A DNA stretch of 33,577 nucleotides from the NCBI GenBank assembly GCA_007129985.1, contig SKUL01000192.1, forward strand, positions 1-33,577, given 5' to 3'. The notes beneath the pieces were generated by a model. The model ran no database searches and was not told where the DNA came from. It saw only the letters and a program-made list of their open reading frames with translations. The stretch comes from Flavobacteriales bacterium (GTDB lineage Bacteria > Bacteroidota > Bacteroidia > Flavobacteriales_D > SKUL01). A program made the translations under genes and the position numbers. Shown here piece by piece: positions 1-9,166 of the stretch; positions within the stretch are counted from its first letter, which is position 1; each line of letters opens with the position of its first letter.

Positions 1-330
1 AATGAAGTGTACCGTATTGGAGGCTTACAATCTATAAGGGGGTTTGACGAGGAATCCATTTTCGCTTCGGCATACAGCATTTTTACACTTGAATACAGGT
101 TTCTGCTTGAGAAAAACTCTAACCTGTTTGCGTTCTTTGACGGAGCGTGGTATGAAACCGATACTCGCAACGAGTACGTGCGCGATACACCGTATGGGTT
201 TGGTGCAGGCATTAGCTTCGAAACCGGAGCAGGTATATTCTCGTTAACCTATGCGCTGGGTAGCCAGTTCGGAAACCCGATACAACTTCGCGGTGGTAAA
301 ATACACTTTGGATTCGTGAACTTCTTCTAA
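1..330 (+). CDS. Omp85/BamA-TamA family outer-membrane beta-barrel protein, C-terminal fragment (5'-truncated by window edge)
   Basis: Frame 1 is open from base 1. YRIGGLQSIRGF matches the Omp85 loop-6 (V/I)RG(F/Y) motif. Amphipathic beta-strands follow (YGFGAGISF, IFSLTYA) and the protein ends in a beta-signal-like KIHFGFVNFF. Confidence 0.8.
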   Translation, partial: NEVYRIGGLQSIRGFDEESIFASAYSIFTLEYRFLLEKNSNLFAFFDGAWYETDTRNEYVRDTPYGFGAGISFETGAGIFSLTYALGSQFGNPIQLRGGKIHFGFVNFF

Positions 331-334
331 TGCC

Positions 335-342
335 TAAATTTG
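335..342 (+). promoter_or_regulatory. Bacteroidota primary-sigma -7 element TAAATTTG, 4 nt before the ATG at 347
   Basis: Exact match to TAnnTTTG in a 16-nt intergenic gap. Confidence 0.6.
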
Positions 343-346
343 CTGC

Positions 347-973
347 ATGAAATGGCTCACCACCATAGCTTTGTTTATCTGTGGGTTGCTGCTCACTTCC
401 TCTAATCCGGCTGCGGAAAGAAGGAAAGAATCGGCCATGGTTTCATTCCTAAGTGAATATCTGGATATCAAATACAAAGAACACCGCTTTGAAACGTTCA
501 TGTACGTTGCTGCCAAAAAGCAGCGACTCTATCTGATCAGCGGGAACGAGGTTGTGCGGAGTTATCCAATATCCACTGCTCAAAAAGGAATTGGTCAAAA
601 ATCAGGGAGTTTTCAAACACCAGTAGGCCTGCACAAGGTGCGCGAAAAAGTGGGAGACACAGTGCCTCATTCGGGCATCATCCGCGAAAAGGTATTCACC
701 GGAAACATTGCGGAAATCAACAACAAGCCTCAGGCCGGCTCCGGTGACGTGATTACCACAAGGGTGATGCACCTGGACGGCCTTGAACCCGGAGTAAACA
801 AAGGTGATGGTTGTGACTCCTACCAGCGGGGAATTATGATTCACGGCACACCCGACGAAGGTCTGATTGGTCAACCGGCATCACATGGGTGTGTGCGAAT
901 GAAAAACGAAGACATTATCGAACTGTTCAATCTGGTTACTGTGAACACCTATGTTGTCATCCTTAACAACTAG
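347..973 (+). CDS. L,D-transpeptidase (YkuD family), exported
   Basis: N-terminal hydrophobic signal, YPISTA and TPVG motifs, and catalytic signature IMIHGT...G.PASHGCVRM (His and Cys). Confidence 0.9.
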   Translation: MKWLTTIALFICGLLLTSSNPAAERRKESAMVSFLSEYLDIKYKEHRFETFMYVAAKKQRLYLISGNEVVRSYPISTAQKGIGQKSGSFQTPVGLHKVREKVGDTVPHSGIIREKVFTGNIAEINNKPQAGSGDVITTRVMHLDGLEPGVNKGDGCDSYQRGIMIHGTPDEGLIGQPASHGCVRMKNEDIIELFNLVTVNTYVVILNN

Positions 974-1118
974 AAAGGACCAGACCACCACGAATGCATT
1001 ACTTACGACCATCCGAAAGCGCACCCTGTCTTGTCGCGGAAAGAATAAATCCGCCGAATAATATGTAAACTTGCACGATTGTTGCACGTTGTATAGCAAA
1101 GAACCTTTGAAACGATTC

Positions 1119-2396
1119 ATGCGCAAAAAACTCATCATTTTCGGGTCATTTACTGTGTTGTTGGCATTAGTGCTGATGCATGGCTGCGCTCCTCAGCGGA
1201 GCATTTCTTCCGAAAATCTTGCGCACATCTACAACTCTGAGCGCACCCCAATTCGAGCAGATTACCGCGTATTTCATCCTGAAGAAAATCTCACCACTGT
1301 GTTTCTGAGGGTCGCTGCATCCGACCTTACCCCCGGCCAAAATCTGGAGACCTTTCGCATGGAATCGGATGCCGTGGTTGACCTGAAAGTTTACCCACCA
1401 CAAGGCCTTATGGTGCGGGCTGTTGACAGTGTATTGGTTAGAATCAACGATGCCGCCCCGGGTAAGGATGACAACTATTTGCACACCGCAATTAACCTCT
1501 CGATAAGAAGCGGATATACTTACAGAGCGGTGATGAAAATTACCGACATCAATAAAAATGAAACGCAGGAAATGCGGTTTGAAATTGATAAGCTAAACCC
1601 CAACCATCGGCACAATTTTCTGGTCTTTGAAACGGCTCAACGTATTCCTCTTTACACCGACTACGTTACAACCCCCACGCGTTTGCGCATCAAGAACAAC
1701 GAAAGCAAAGACATGACTGTGCGGTATTACAACCGGAACTTTCCACTACCGCCACCGCCGTTTTCGTCATACAGCCCACCGCCCTTCCGATACGAGGCAG
1801 ACAGCGTTTTTTCGATGAGAGCAACCAGCGATTTTTCCATTTTGGATATCAACCGCCCCGGCTTTTTTCATGTGCTGAAAGATGGAAATCAGAAATCAGG
1901 TCTCAGTATTTTCACGTTTCCCGACCCATTTCCCATGGTAACCAGCACTGAGCAAATGTTCGAATCTCTGCGCTATGTAACTACAGAATGGGAGTTCAGA
2001 GAAATGCGCCAGCGAAGCAACTTGCGCCTTGCCGTAGAAAAATTCTGGATGGACTGCGCGGGTTCCAAGGAACGTGCGCGCGAAATGATACAGGTGTATT
2101 ATGGCAGAGTAGAAGAAGCCAATCGTTTTTTTACCTCTTACGTAGAAGGCTGGAAAACGGACCGGGGCTTAATCCACATCGTATATGGACGCCCGAACAT
2201 CATCTACAAAACAGACCGGGGTGAAACATGGATATACGGAGAAGACCGCAATACTATGTCGCTTTCATTTACATTCGTGAAAGTAATCAATCCATTTACT
2301 GACAACGACTACAGACTGAGCCGCGACGAAAGTTACAAAGCATCGTGGTACCGGGCTATCGAAAGCTGGCGCAACGGACGAATTCATGCAAACTAA
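1119..2396 (+). CDS. GWxTD domain-containing lipoprotein
   Basis: Start moved to ATG 1119 (MRKKLIIF... basic plus hydrophobic signal ending in MHGC lipobox). C-terminal YYGRVEEANRFF...EGWKTDRGLIHIVYGRP is the GWxTD signature. Confidence 0.85.
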   Translation: MRKKLIIFGSFTVLLALVLMHGCAPQRSISSENLAHIYNSERTPIRADYRVFHPEENLTTVFLRVAASDLTPGQNLETFRMESDAVVDLKVYPPQGLMVRAVDSVLVRINDAAPGKDDNYLHTAINLSIRSGYTYRAVMKITDINKNETQEMRFEIDKLNPNHRHNFLVFETAQRIPLYTDYVTTPTRLRIKNNESKDMTVRYYNRNFPLPPPPFSSYSPPPFRYEADSVFSMRATSDFSILDINRPGFFHVLKDGNQKSGLSIFTFPDPFPMVTSTEQMFESLRYVTTEWEFREMRQRSNLRLAVEKFWMDCAGSKERAREMIQVYYGRVEEANRFFTSYVEGWKTDRGLIHIVYGRPNIIYKTDRGETWIYGEDRNTMSLSFTFVKVINPFTDNDYRLSRDESYKASWYRAIESWRNGRIHAN

Positions 2397-3153
2397 CACT
2401 CCCTTTAAAGACCTGATTTTCGGCAACCACCCTGTGCTGGAAGCACTGGAAAGCGGCAAGGAAATCAACAAAATTCTGGTGCTGCGAGGAGCGGTATCCG
2501 AACACACAAAGCACATCCTTCAACTTGCTTCACAACGCAGGATACCAGTGCAAAAGGTTCCGGTAGAAAAGCTCAACCGCGTAACTCGCAAAAACCATCA
2601 GGGTGTTATTGCCTTCCTTTCACCGGTGAGCTATCACCGCATTGAAGATGTAATACCCAATCTTTACGAGGAGGGTAAAACTCCTTTGGTTGTGGTGTTG
2701 GATCACATCACCGACGTGCGGAACGTAGGAGCGATTTGCCGGTCGGCGGAGTGCATGGGAGCTCAGGCTATTTTACTCCCCACCAAGGGAGCCGGTGCTC
2801 TAAACGCCGATGCCGCAAAGGCCTCGGCCGGAGCTATTTTCAACCTGCATATTTGCCGAACTGACCACCTTGAGGGAGCCATCCGTTACCTCAAAGATAG
2901 CGGGTTGAGCGTGGTATCCTGCACTGAAAAAGGCTCCGAAACGTTGTATAAAGGAGAACTATCAGGGCCCACCTGCATCATTTTAGGTGCAGAAGACACC
3001 GGCATTCAACCTGCACTGCTTGCACTGTCTGACCAACACCTGCGCATTCCGATGGCGGGCCAAACAGGCTCACTCAATGTTTCAGTGTCGGCAGGTATCA
3101 TTCTGGCAGAATGCCTGAAACAGAGAAGCGACGTTGAAAACACCTTGGCTTAA
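2386..3153 (+). CDS. rlmB: 23S rRNA (guanosine-2'-O)-methyltransferase RlmB (SPOUT/TrmH family)
   Basis: IFGNHPVLEAL, NHQGVIA, LDHITDVRNVGAICRSA, LGAEDTGI, IPMAGQTGSLNVSVS motifs. Confidence 0.92.
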   Translation: MQTNTPFKDLIFGNHPVLEALESGKEINKILVLRGAVSEHTKHILQLASQRRIPVQKVPVEKLNRVTRKNHQGVIAFLSPVSYHRIEDVIPNLYEEGKTPLVVVLDHITDVRNVGAICRSAECMGAQAILLPTKGAGALNADAAKASAGAIFNLHICRTDHLEGAIRYLKDSGLSVVSCTEKGSETLYKGELSGPTCIILGAEDTGIQPALLALSDQHLRIPMAGQTGSLNVSVSAGIILAECLKQRSDVENTLA

Positions 3154-5020
3154 TCACCGGCATGCGCTGGGGATTATCCTGGTAACAGCGGCACTTCTCA
3201 GGCTGTACCATCTTAGTTTTTCGTTCTCCAATGATGAATTGAGCGCGCTATCGAGGCTGGAATTCGACAACCTCGGCGAACTTTTTTGTGAAGGCATACG
3301 GGTAGATGGCCACCCCGCCTTTACACAGGTGCTGTTGTGGTTTTGGACAGCTTTAACCGGAATCAACTACGAGTGGTTGGTTCGTTTGCCTTTTGCATTG
3401 ATGGGTGCGGTAGCTGTGTATTTCACCTACCTCACCGGGCGTGAATGGTTTGGTAAAAATGCCGGACTGGCAGCAGCTGCGGCAATCACAGGTCTTCAGT
3501 TCTTCATCCTCTACAGCCAGATTGCAAGGCCCTACAGTCCGGGACTGTTTTTTACCATGGGTACAGCGTTTTTCTGGTCGCGATTGATTTTAGGAAGTCG
3601 CCGTTACAGCGAAGTATGGATGGGTGCTGTTTTCGCTGCCCTCGCCATGTACACGCATTACTTCAGCTTTCTGCAAGTGGTTGTGATGGCGTTTTTGGGA
3701 TTGTTCATGCTCCAAAAGAAAAGTTTACCGCGGTACTTGCTGGCTTTGGTCATTGCCCTTGCTCTTTGGCTTCCTCACGCACCCATAACACTGTATCAAC
3801 TGTCGCTGGATGGAGTGGGAAGCTGGCTTTCGGCACCAGATCCGGGATTTGCCCGCGGATTGCTGGCGCGGATTGTCAATGAATCGTGGTGGCTGCTGAT
3901 TGTGCTGATTGCTGTAGCTACAACCGGTTGGGCCATTTACAACCGGAGTATTGCTCCATCGCGCTGGCAGTTGGTTGCATTGCTTTTAATCATTATTCCC
4001 TTTCTGGTGGGCTACTTCTATTCTGTATTGAAGTTCCCTGTACTGCAATACTCTGTGATGCTGTTTGCTGCACCTTTTCTGATTTTGCTGATTTTCTCCC
4101 CTTTAGCCGGGGCGCAAAATGCATCCTCAGGACCATGGATTTCTTTATTGGTTCTGGTAATTACAGCAAGTCACACCATTTTTGTTCACGAGCATTATAA
4201 GCGCAACCACTTTGGTGTTTTCAGGGAGCTGGTTAACCACGCAAATCGATGGCAAGCTGAGTATGGTGGTGAAAACATCCTCACACTTGCCAATGTGGTT
4301 TCGCCGTGGTATATCCGACACTACGCGCAACAATTTGAACCACCAACTCATTTCGACTTGTACAACCTTGCAACAGACACTTCCATGCACAAAGTTTGGA
4401 CGCATGTTGTTGATGCCGATACCCATGACTTTGTCGCGCTTTTCTGGAGCAATCACAGCATGAGTGAGGATGTGATAGAGATGATTCGCATCAATTACCC
4501 GGTATTAATTGAACGCCACGACTACTTCAACTCCGGAGGCTATCTGTTCGGCAAGCAAGAGGAAGCAGTGAGTCGTTCGCCCATGCTAGATACAATTTCG
4601 GTTTCAACTATTTTGGAAATGCCGGATACGCTGCCTGACTTTGTGCCGAATTTGGGTACTGTACTTTCGGAAAACGAACACTTTTCAAAGCCCATTGAAC
4701 TTGACCTGAGTCACTTTCAGCACACACCACCAGGCCTGGCTGTTCTTAACGCATCCTTTTACACTACGGATACTTCGAGGGTAAGTCTGGTTCTTGAATA
4801 TGAAGACGGAACACCCAACAACTTCTGGTACGGCCGGGATCTTGACCCTGTTTACCGCACACCGGGAGCCCTGCAGAGGGTGGTTATTGCACGTCGCCTG
4901 CCCGACTCTCCCGGGGAAAAACCGACGCTCAAGGCTTATCTCTGGAAACAATCACCGGATTCACTCGAGATCATCTGGATGCAACTCCAGCTTCACGAAG
5001 AAGCCATTCTACCCTATTAG
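3134..5020 (+). CDS. GT-C fold integral-membrane glycosyltransferase (family 39/ArnT/PMT-like) with C-terminal periplasmic domain
   Basis: TTG start overlapping rlmB. About 11-13 hydrophobic segments, acidic FSNDE motif after TM1, DGHP, RLP, ARPYS and YTHY motifs, then a soluble tail of roughly 270 aa. Confidence 0.8.
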   Translation: MKTPWLNHRHALGIILVTAALLRLYHLSFSFSNDELSALSRLEFDNLGELFCEGIRVDGHPAFTQVLLWFWTALTGINYEWLVRLPFALMGAVAVYFTYLTGREWFGKNAGLAAAAAITGLQFFILYSQIARPYSPGLFFTMGTAFFWSRLILGSRRYSEVWMGAVFAALAMYTHYFSFLQVVVMAFLGLFMLQKKSLPRYLLALVIALALWLPHAPITLYQLSLDGVGSWLSAPDPGFARGLLARIVNESWWLLIVLIAVATTGWAIYNRSIAPSRWQLVALLLIIIPFLVGYFYSVLKFPVLQYSVMLFAAPFLILLIFSPLAGAQNASSGPWISLLVLVITASHTIFVHEHYKRNHFGVFRELVNHANRWQAEYGGENILTLANVVSPWYIRHYAQQFEPPTHFDLYNLATDTSMHKVWTHVVDADTHDFVALFWSNHSMSEDVIEMIRINYPVLIERHDYFNSGGYLFGKQEEAVSRSPMLDTISVSTILEMPDTLPDFVPNLGTVLSENEHFSKPIELDLSHFQHTPPGLAVLNASFYTTDTSRVSLVLEYEDGTPNNFWYGRDLDPVYRTPGALQRVVIARRLPDSPGEKPTLKAYLWKQSPDSLEIIWMQLQLHEEAILPY

Positions 5021-5029
5021 GGGCATGTA

Positions 5030-5362
5030 CTACTGTGGGCGCAGCTTGGGGTTGTTCTTGTGCCGGTTGATATCGCGCTGTGTTTTTTTCTCGTAGTTGG
5101 CCAGAAATGCTTCTGATAGATTGACGTTGCATTGATTGGCTAGACAAAGTAAGACCCATAGGATATCTGCCATTTCATCAGCAATGTCCAGACCCTTGTC
5201 GCTTTCTTTTTCCGACTGATCACCGTATCGCCGCGCCATAATTCGGGCCAGTTCTCCTACCTCCTCAGTGAGAATAGTCATGTTGGTGAGTTCGCTAAAG
5301 TATCTCACTCCATGGGTTTTAATCCACTCATCTACCATTTCTTGGCTTTCTCTGATTGTCAT
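5030..5362 (-). CDS. MazG-like nucleotide pyrophosphohydrolase (all-alpha NTP-PPase)
   Basis: LTEEVGELAR and ADEMADIL acidic helices; 110 aa single domain. Confidence 0.88.
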   Translation of the reverse strand: MTIRESQEMVDEWIKTHGVRYFSELTNMTILTEEVGELARIMARRYGDQSEKESDKGLDIADEMADILWVLLCLANQCNVNLSEAFLANYEKKTQRDINRHKNNPKLRPQ

Positions 5363-5377
5363 GCTCTTGCTTTTTGT

Positions 5378-5830
5378 CTATTCCTTGTTTTTTGTGTCAA
5401 TCCAAATGGTTACCGGGCCATCGTTTACCAAAGACACCTGCATCATGGCTCCGAATGAACCGGTTTGCACGGGCTTTCCGAGCGTTTTTTCTAAAAAGGT
5501 CACGAACTTATCGTACATGGGTACAGCGTGTTCCGGCCTGGCCGCACGTATGAACGACGGACGGTTTCCCTTTTTGGTTTTGGCGTGAAGTGTAAACTGG
5601 CTGATGACCAAAGCCGCTCCTTTAGCATCTGCTATGGAGGCGTTCATTTTTCCTTCGGCGTCAGAGAAAATGCGAAGTGCTGCGATTTTTTCTGCAAGCC
5701 AGAGTGCATCCTGTTCGTCATCATCATGCTCAATACCCAACAGAATGAGCAGCCCGTTACCTATGGCGCCCACTACTTTGCCCTCAACCTTTACCGAAGC
5801 CTCTGTAACCCGCTGAATCACTGCTCGCAT
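5378..5830 (-). CDS. dtd: D-aminoacyl-tRNA deacylase
   Basis: MRAVIQRV start, SQFTL, KGNRPSF and NDGPVT (Gly-cisPro) motifs. Confidence 0.97.
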   Translation of the reverse strand: MRAVIQRVTEASVKVEGKVVGAIGNGLLILLGIEHDDDEQDALWLAEKIAALRIFSDAEGKMNASIADAKGAALVISQFTLHAKTKKGNRPSFIRAARPEHAVPMYDKFVTFLEKTLGKPVQTGSFGAMMQVSLVNDGPVTIWIDTKNKE

Positions 5831-5833
5831 AGC

Positions 5834-6778
5834 CTAGCTGTATGGATTTTGCCGATAGGTGTCCTCGGCTTCGTTGTTAAAGTAAAGTTTCAGATAGCTG
5901 TCGTAACGGGTCCAGGCAATGCGCCCATCCTCAACCGCTTCTTTTACCGCACACTGAGGCTCATCCACATGCACACAGTTGTGGAATTTACACCCAGACA
6001 TCAGGGCACGCATCTCCGGAAAACGTTCGGCAATCTCGGTCTTTTCGAAATCCACCAGACCAAAACCCTTGATGCCCGGCGTATCAATCACGTAGCCCCC
6101 AAAAGAAAGTGGGTGCATTTCCGCGAAAGTCGTGGTGTGCTGGCCCATGCGAAAAGATTCCGACAATGCAGCCGTGCGAAGTTTGAGTCCGGAATCTACC
6201 GCATTGGCCAAGGTGCTCTTCCCTACTCCACTATGACCCGAGAGCAAGCTCACCTTGTTGGCGAGCAGTTTTCGCACTGTCTCCAAACCCTCGCCCGTTT
6301 CGGCCGATACTTCCAGACAGCGATAACCCACATCCCAATACACTGAGGCAAATCCCCGTAGGGTATCGAGTTCGGCCTCACTGTAAATGTCAATCTTGTT
6401 GAAAATGAGAACTGCCGGAATGTGATAAGCCTCGGCTGTAACCAGAAAGCGATCAACAAAAGCAGGCAGGGTAAGCGGTTCTTTCAAGGTTACAAGCAGC
6501 AAAGCCTGGTCAATATTGGCCGCGAGTATATGAGCTGCGCGCGAAAGATTTACCGAGCGGCGAACAATGTAGTTCATGCGGGGCTCAATTCCGGTTATGA
6601 CTCCGGTTTCTTCATCCTGCATTTCAAAACGCACTTTGTCGCCCACTGCCACGGGATTGGTGGTGCGCAAGCCTTTCAAACGGATTTTGCCGCGAATCTT
6701 GCATTTCACGGTTTTGCCGTCCTGGCTACGCACGTCGTACCAGCTTCCGGTTGACTTCATGACCACTCCCATCTCCAT
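5834..6778 (-). CDS. rsgA: Ribosome small-subunit-dependent GTPase A
   Basis: N-terminal OB fold, circularly permuted GTPase (NKID, GHSGVGKST, GQHTTT, DTPG), zinc finger CKFHNCVHVDEPQC. Confidence 0.96.
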   Translation of the reverse strand: MEMGVVMKSTGSWYDVRSQDGKTVKCKIRGKIRLKGLRTTNPVAVGDKVRFEMQDEETGVITGIEPRMNYIVRRSVNLSRAAHILAANIDQALLLVTLKEPLTLPAFVDRFLVTAEAYHIPAVLIFNKIDIYSEAELDTLRGFASVYWDVGYRCLEVSAETGEGLETVRKLLANKVSLLSGHSGVGKSTLANAVDSGLKLRTAALSESFRMGQHTTTFAEMHPLSFGGYVIDTPGIKGFGLVDFEKTEIAERFPEMRALMSGCKFHNCVHVDEPQCAVKEAVEDGRIAWTRYDSYLKLYFNNEAEDTYRQNPYS

Positions 6779-6782
6779 TCCT

Positions 6783-6790
6783 CAAAAGTA
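6783..6790 (-). promoter_or_regulatory. -7 element TACTTTTG, 4 nt before the rsgA ATG
   Basis: Minus strand reads TACTTTTG-agga-ATG, an exact TAnnTTTG match. Confidence 0.6.
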
Positions 6791-6857
6791 CACACTGCAA
6801 TCCTATCCCTTTAACAAATCTTGCCCCATGCACCCTGAAAGAACTGAGGGTTAATCC

Positions 6858-6865
6858 TATCTTCG
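6858..6865 (+). promoter_or_regulatory. Probable -7 element TATCTTCG for gldA
   Basis: One mismatch to TAnnTTTG, 22 nt upstream of ATG 6888. Confidence 0.45.
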
Positions 6866-6887
6866 CAACGATTCTCAGTATTATCCT

Positions 6888-7808
6888 ATGTCCATAGAAG
6901 TTAAAGAAGTAAGTAAGCGATACGGCGAGCAACTCGCCTTGAACAATGTGAGCTTCAACATCGCGTCAGGCGAAGTAGTGGGTTTCCTCGGCCCGAATGG
7001 AGCAGGAAAATCTACCATGATGAAAATCATTACAGGCTACATCCCCCCCAGTGCCGGAACGGTATTGGTGTGTGGACATGATGTGATGGAAGACTCGAAG
7101 GCCGCGAGGCGAAATGTGGGATACCTGCCTGAGCACAACCCGCTTTATCTTGACATGTATGTAAAAGAGTACCTGCGTTTTGTAGCCGGAATGTACAAGG
7201 TGAAAAATGTCCGTGAGCGCGTGGATGAGATGATTGAACTGGTTGGGCTTACGCTCGAACAGAAAAAACCCATTGGCGCCCTGAGCAAAGGATACCGGCA
7301 GCGCGTTGGTTTGGCGCAGGCTATGATTCATGACCCCGAAGTGCTTATTCTTGACGAACCTACGAGCGGACTGGATCCTAACCAACTGGCCGAGGTGCGT
7401 GCCTTGATTCGCACCATTGGCGAGAAGAAAACGGTGATGCTATCTACCCACATTATGCAGGAGGTTGAGGCCATCTGTGACCGTGTAATCATCATCAACC
7501 GCGGCAATATTGTGGCCGACAGTCCGGTAAGCGTGCTGATGAGCAATGTCACACAGGTAAAGGTTCTGGTAGTTGAGTTCAATACCCTGACCTCATCCGG
7601 CGATCTCAAAAAACTAAAAGGTGTGAAGCGAGTGGAGCATGTTTCAGGCTTCCAGTACCGTATCAGCCACGCGCCGGAAATGGATTTGAGAGAAGACCTT
7701 TTTCAATTTGCCGTGCAGCATAAACTCTCCGTGTTGGGGATGCAGGCGGAGCATCAAAAGCTCGAGGATATTTTTAAGCAGCTTACGCACGCCGAGCAAA
7801 CCACCTAG
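6888..7808 (+). CDS. gldA: Gliding motility-associated ABC transporter ATP-binding subunit GldA
   Basis: [64 protein letters not shown] and [15 protein letters not shown], typical of GldA. Confidence 0.85.
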   Translation: MSIEVKEVSKRYGEQLALNNVSFNIASGEVVGFLGPNGAGKSTMMKIITGYIPPSAGTVLVCGHDVMEDSKAARRNVGYLPEHNPLYLDMYVKEYLRFVAGMYKVKNVRERVDEMIELVGLTLEQKKPIGALSKGYRQRVGLAQAMIHDPEVLILDEPTSGLDPNQLAEVRALIRTIGEKKTVMLSTHIMQEVEAICDRVIIINRGNIVADSPVSVLMSNVTQVKVLVVEFNTLTSSGDLKKLKGVKRVEHVSGFQYRISHAPEMDLREDLFQFAVQHKLSVLGMQAEHQKLEDIFKQLTHAEQTT

Positions 7809-7876
7809 GTCTGTCGGAGGTTCACTTGGCCTCTATTAGTTTTTCCTATTTTAGCGCACCTTTTAAAAACGCTTAC

Positions 7877-9166
7877 ATGCCTTACTATTTTACGTCCGAA
7901 TCGGTGTCGGAAGGACACCCCGATAAAATTGCAGACCAAATATCTGACGCGCTTATTGACCACTTTATGGCCTTTGACAAGGACTCTAAAGTAGCCTGCG
8001 AAACACTCGTAACAACCGGACAGGTGATTGTTGCCGGTGAGGTAAAATCATCGGCGTACTTGGATGTTCAAAGTATTGTGCGCGATGTAATCAGAGATAT
8101 TGGCTACACCAAAAGCGAGTACAAATTTGACGCTGACTCCTGCGGAATTCTGTCGGCTATTCACGAACAAAGTGCCGATATAAATCGCGGCGTTGAGCGG
8201 AATGACCCGGAATCACAGGGCGCCGGCGACCAGGGAATGATGTTCGGGTATGCCTGCAAGGAAACCGACAACTACATGCCTCTTGGTATTGAACTGGCTC
8301 ACAGCCTACTCAAAGAATTGGCCGCCATTCGCAAGGAGGGAAAGAAAATGACCTACCTCCGTCCGGATGCGAAAGCGCAGGTTACCATTCTTTATGGCGA
8401 CGATCACCAGCCTCTGAAGATTGACTCTATCGTTATTTCTACCCAGCACGATGATTTTGTGGCTCCCAGGGCAAATTCAGATGCCTCTGTTCGCAAAGCT
8501 GAGCAAGAGATGCAGAAAGTGATTCGCGAAGATATCAAGAAGCATCTCATTGCAAGGGTAAAGCGCCAGCTTCCGGACCGGTTGAAGCGCCTCTTTAACG
8601 AGCACATTACCTACCATGTAAACCCCACGGGTAAGTTTGTGATTGGAGGTCCGCACGGTGACTGTGGGCTGACCGGACGTAAGATTATCGTAGATACCTA
8701 CGGTGGTCGTGGCGCACACGGTGGGGGTGCTTTCTCCGGAAAAGACCCCTCGAAGGTTGACCGTTCAGCCGCCTATGCCACCCGCCATATTGCCAAGAAC
8801 ATGGTGGCCGCAGGCCTTTGCGATGAGGCACTCGTACAGGTAGCCTACGCCATTGGAATTGCAGAGCCCATGGGACTTTACGTGAACACCTACGGAACGG
8901 CGCATGTAAACCTTACAGATGGTGAGATTGCCGAGAAGCTGTTGAAGATTTTCGATATGCGCCCTTACCAGATTGAGCAGCGCCTCAAACTGCGAAACCC
9001 TATTTACCGCGAAACCGCCGCCTACGGGCATATGGGGCGTGAATCAGAGCAAAAAACCCTGACTTTCGTACTACCCAGCGGTCAAAAAGAGAAGTACAAG
9101 GTTGAGACCTTTACCTGGGAGAAGTTGGATTACGTAGAAAAACTGAAGAAGGCCTTTAAACTCTAA
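7877..9166 (+). CDS. metK: S-adenosylmethionine synthase
   Basis: Start moved to ATG 7877. [35 protein letters not shown] and TAAYGHMGR motifs. Confidence 0.98.
   Translation: MPYYFTSESVSEGHPDKIADQISDALIDHFMAFDKDSKVACETLVTTGQVIVAGEVKSSAYLDVQSIVRDVIRDIGYTKSEYKFDADSCGILSAIHEQSADINRGVERNDPESQGAGDQGMMFGYACKETDNYMPLGIELAHSLLKELAAIRKEGKKMTYLRPDAKAQVTILYGDDHQPLKIDSIVISTQHDDFVAPRANSDASVRKAEQEMQKVIREDIKKHLIARVKRQLPDRLKRLFNEHITYHVNPTGKFVIGGPHGDCGLTGRKIIVDTYGGRGAHGGGAFSGKDPSKVDRSAAYATRHIAKNMVAAGLCDEALVQVAYAIGIAEPMGLYVNTYGTAHVNLTDGEIAEKLLKIFDMRPYQIEQRLKLRNPIYRETAAYGHMGRESEQKTLTFVLPSGQKEKYKVETFTWEKLDYVEKLKKAFKL

Noticed and set aside
5030-5362. MazG-like gene as an anti-phage or toxin-antitoxin component
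   Set aside because: It is a single-domain housekeeping-type gene in an operon with rsgA and dtd, with no defence-associated neighbours.
5528-6346. 272-aa plus-strand ORF, and similar long antisense ORFs at 10339-11013, 25794-26543, 26849-27607 and 32281-32922
   Set aside because: They lie antisense to well-conserved genes, carry no recognisable motifs and are the expected shadow ORFs of codon-biased genes.
6888-7808. gldA without adjacent gldF/gldG permease genes
   Set aside because: gldA is also unlinked from gldFG in Flavobacterium johnsoniae, so this is an ordinary arrangement.
7809-7876. Possible SAM riboswitch upstream of metK
   Set aside because: The gap is only 68 nt and includes a likely promoter (TATTTTAG); no SAM-I or SAM-II motif is recognisable.
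8450-8530. Insertion in MetK ([21 protein letters not shown])
   Set aside because: As I recall, similar insertions occur at this position in other Bacteroidota MetK proteins, and the catalytic motifs are intact.
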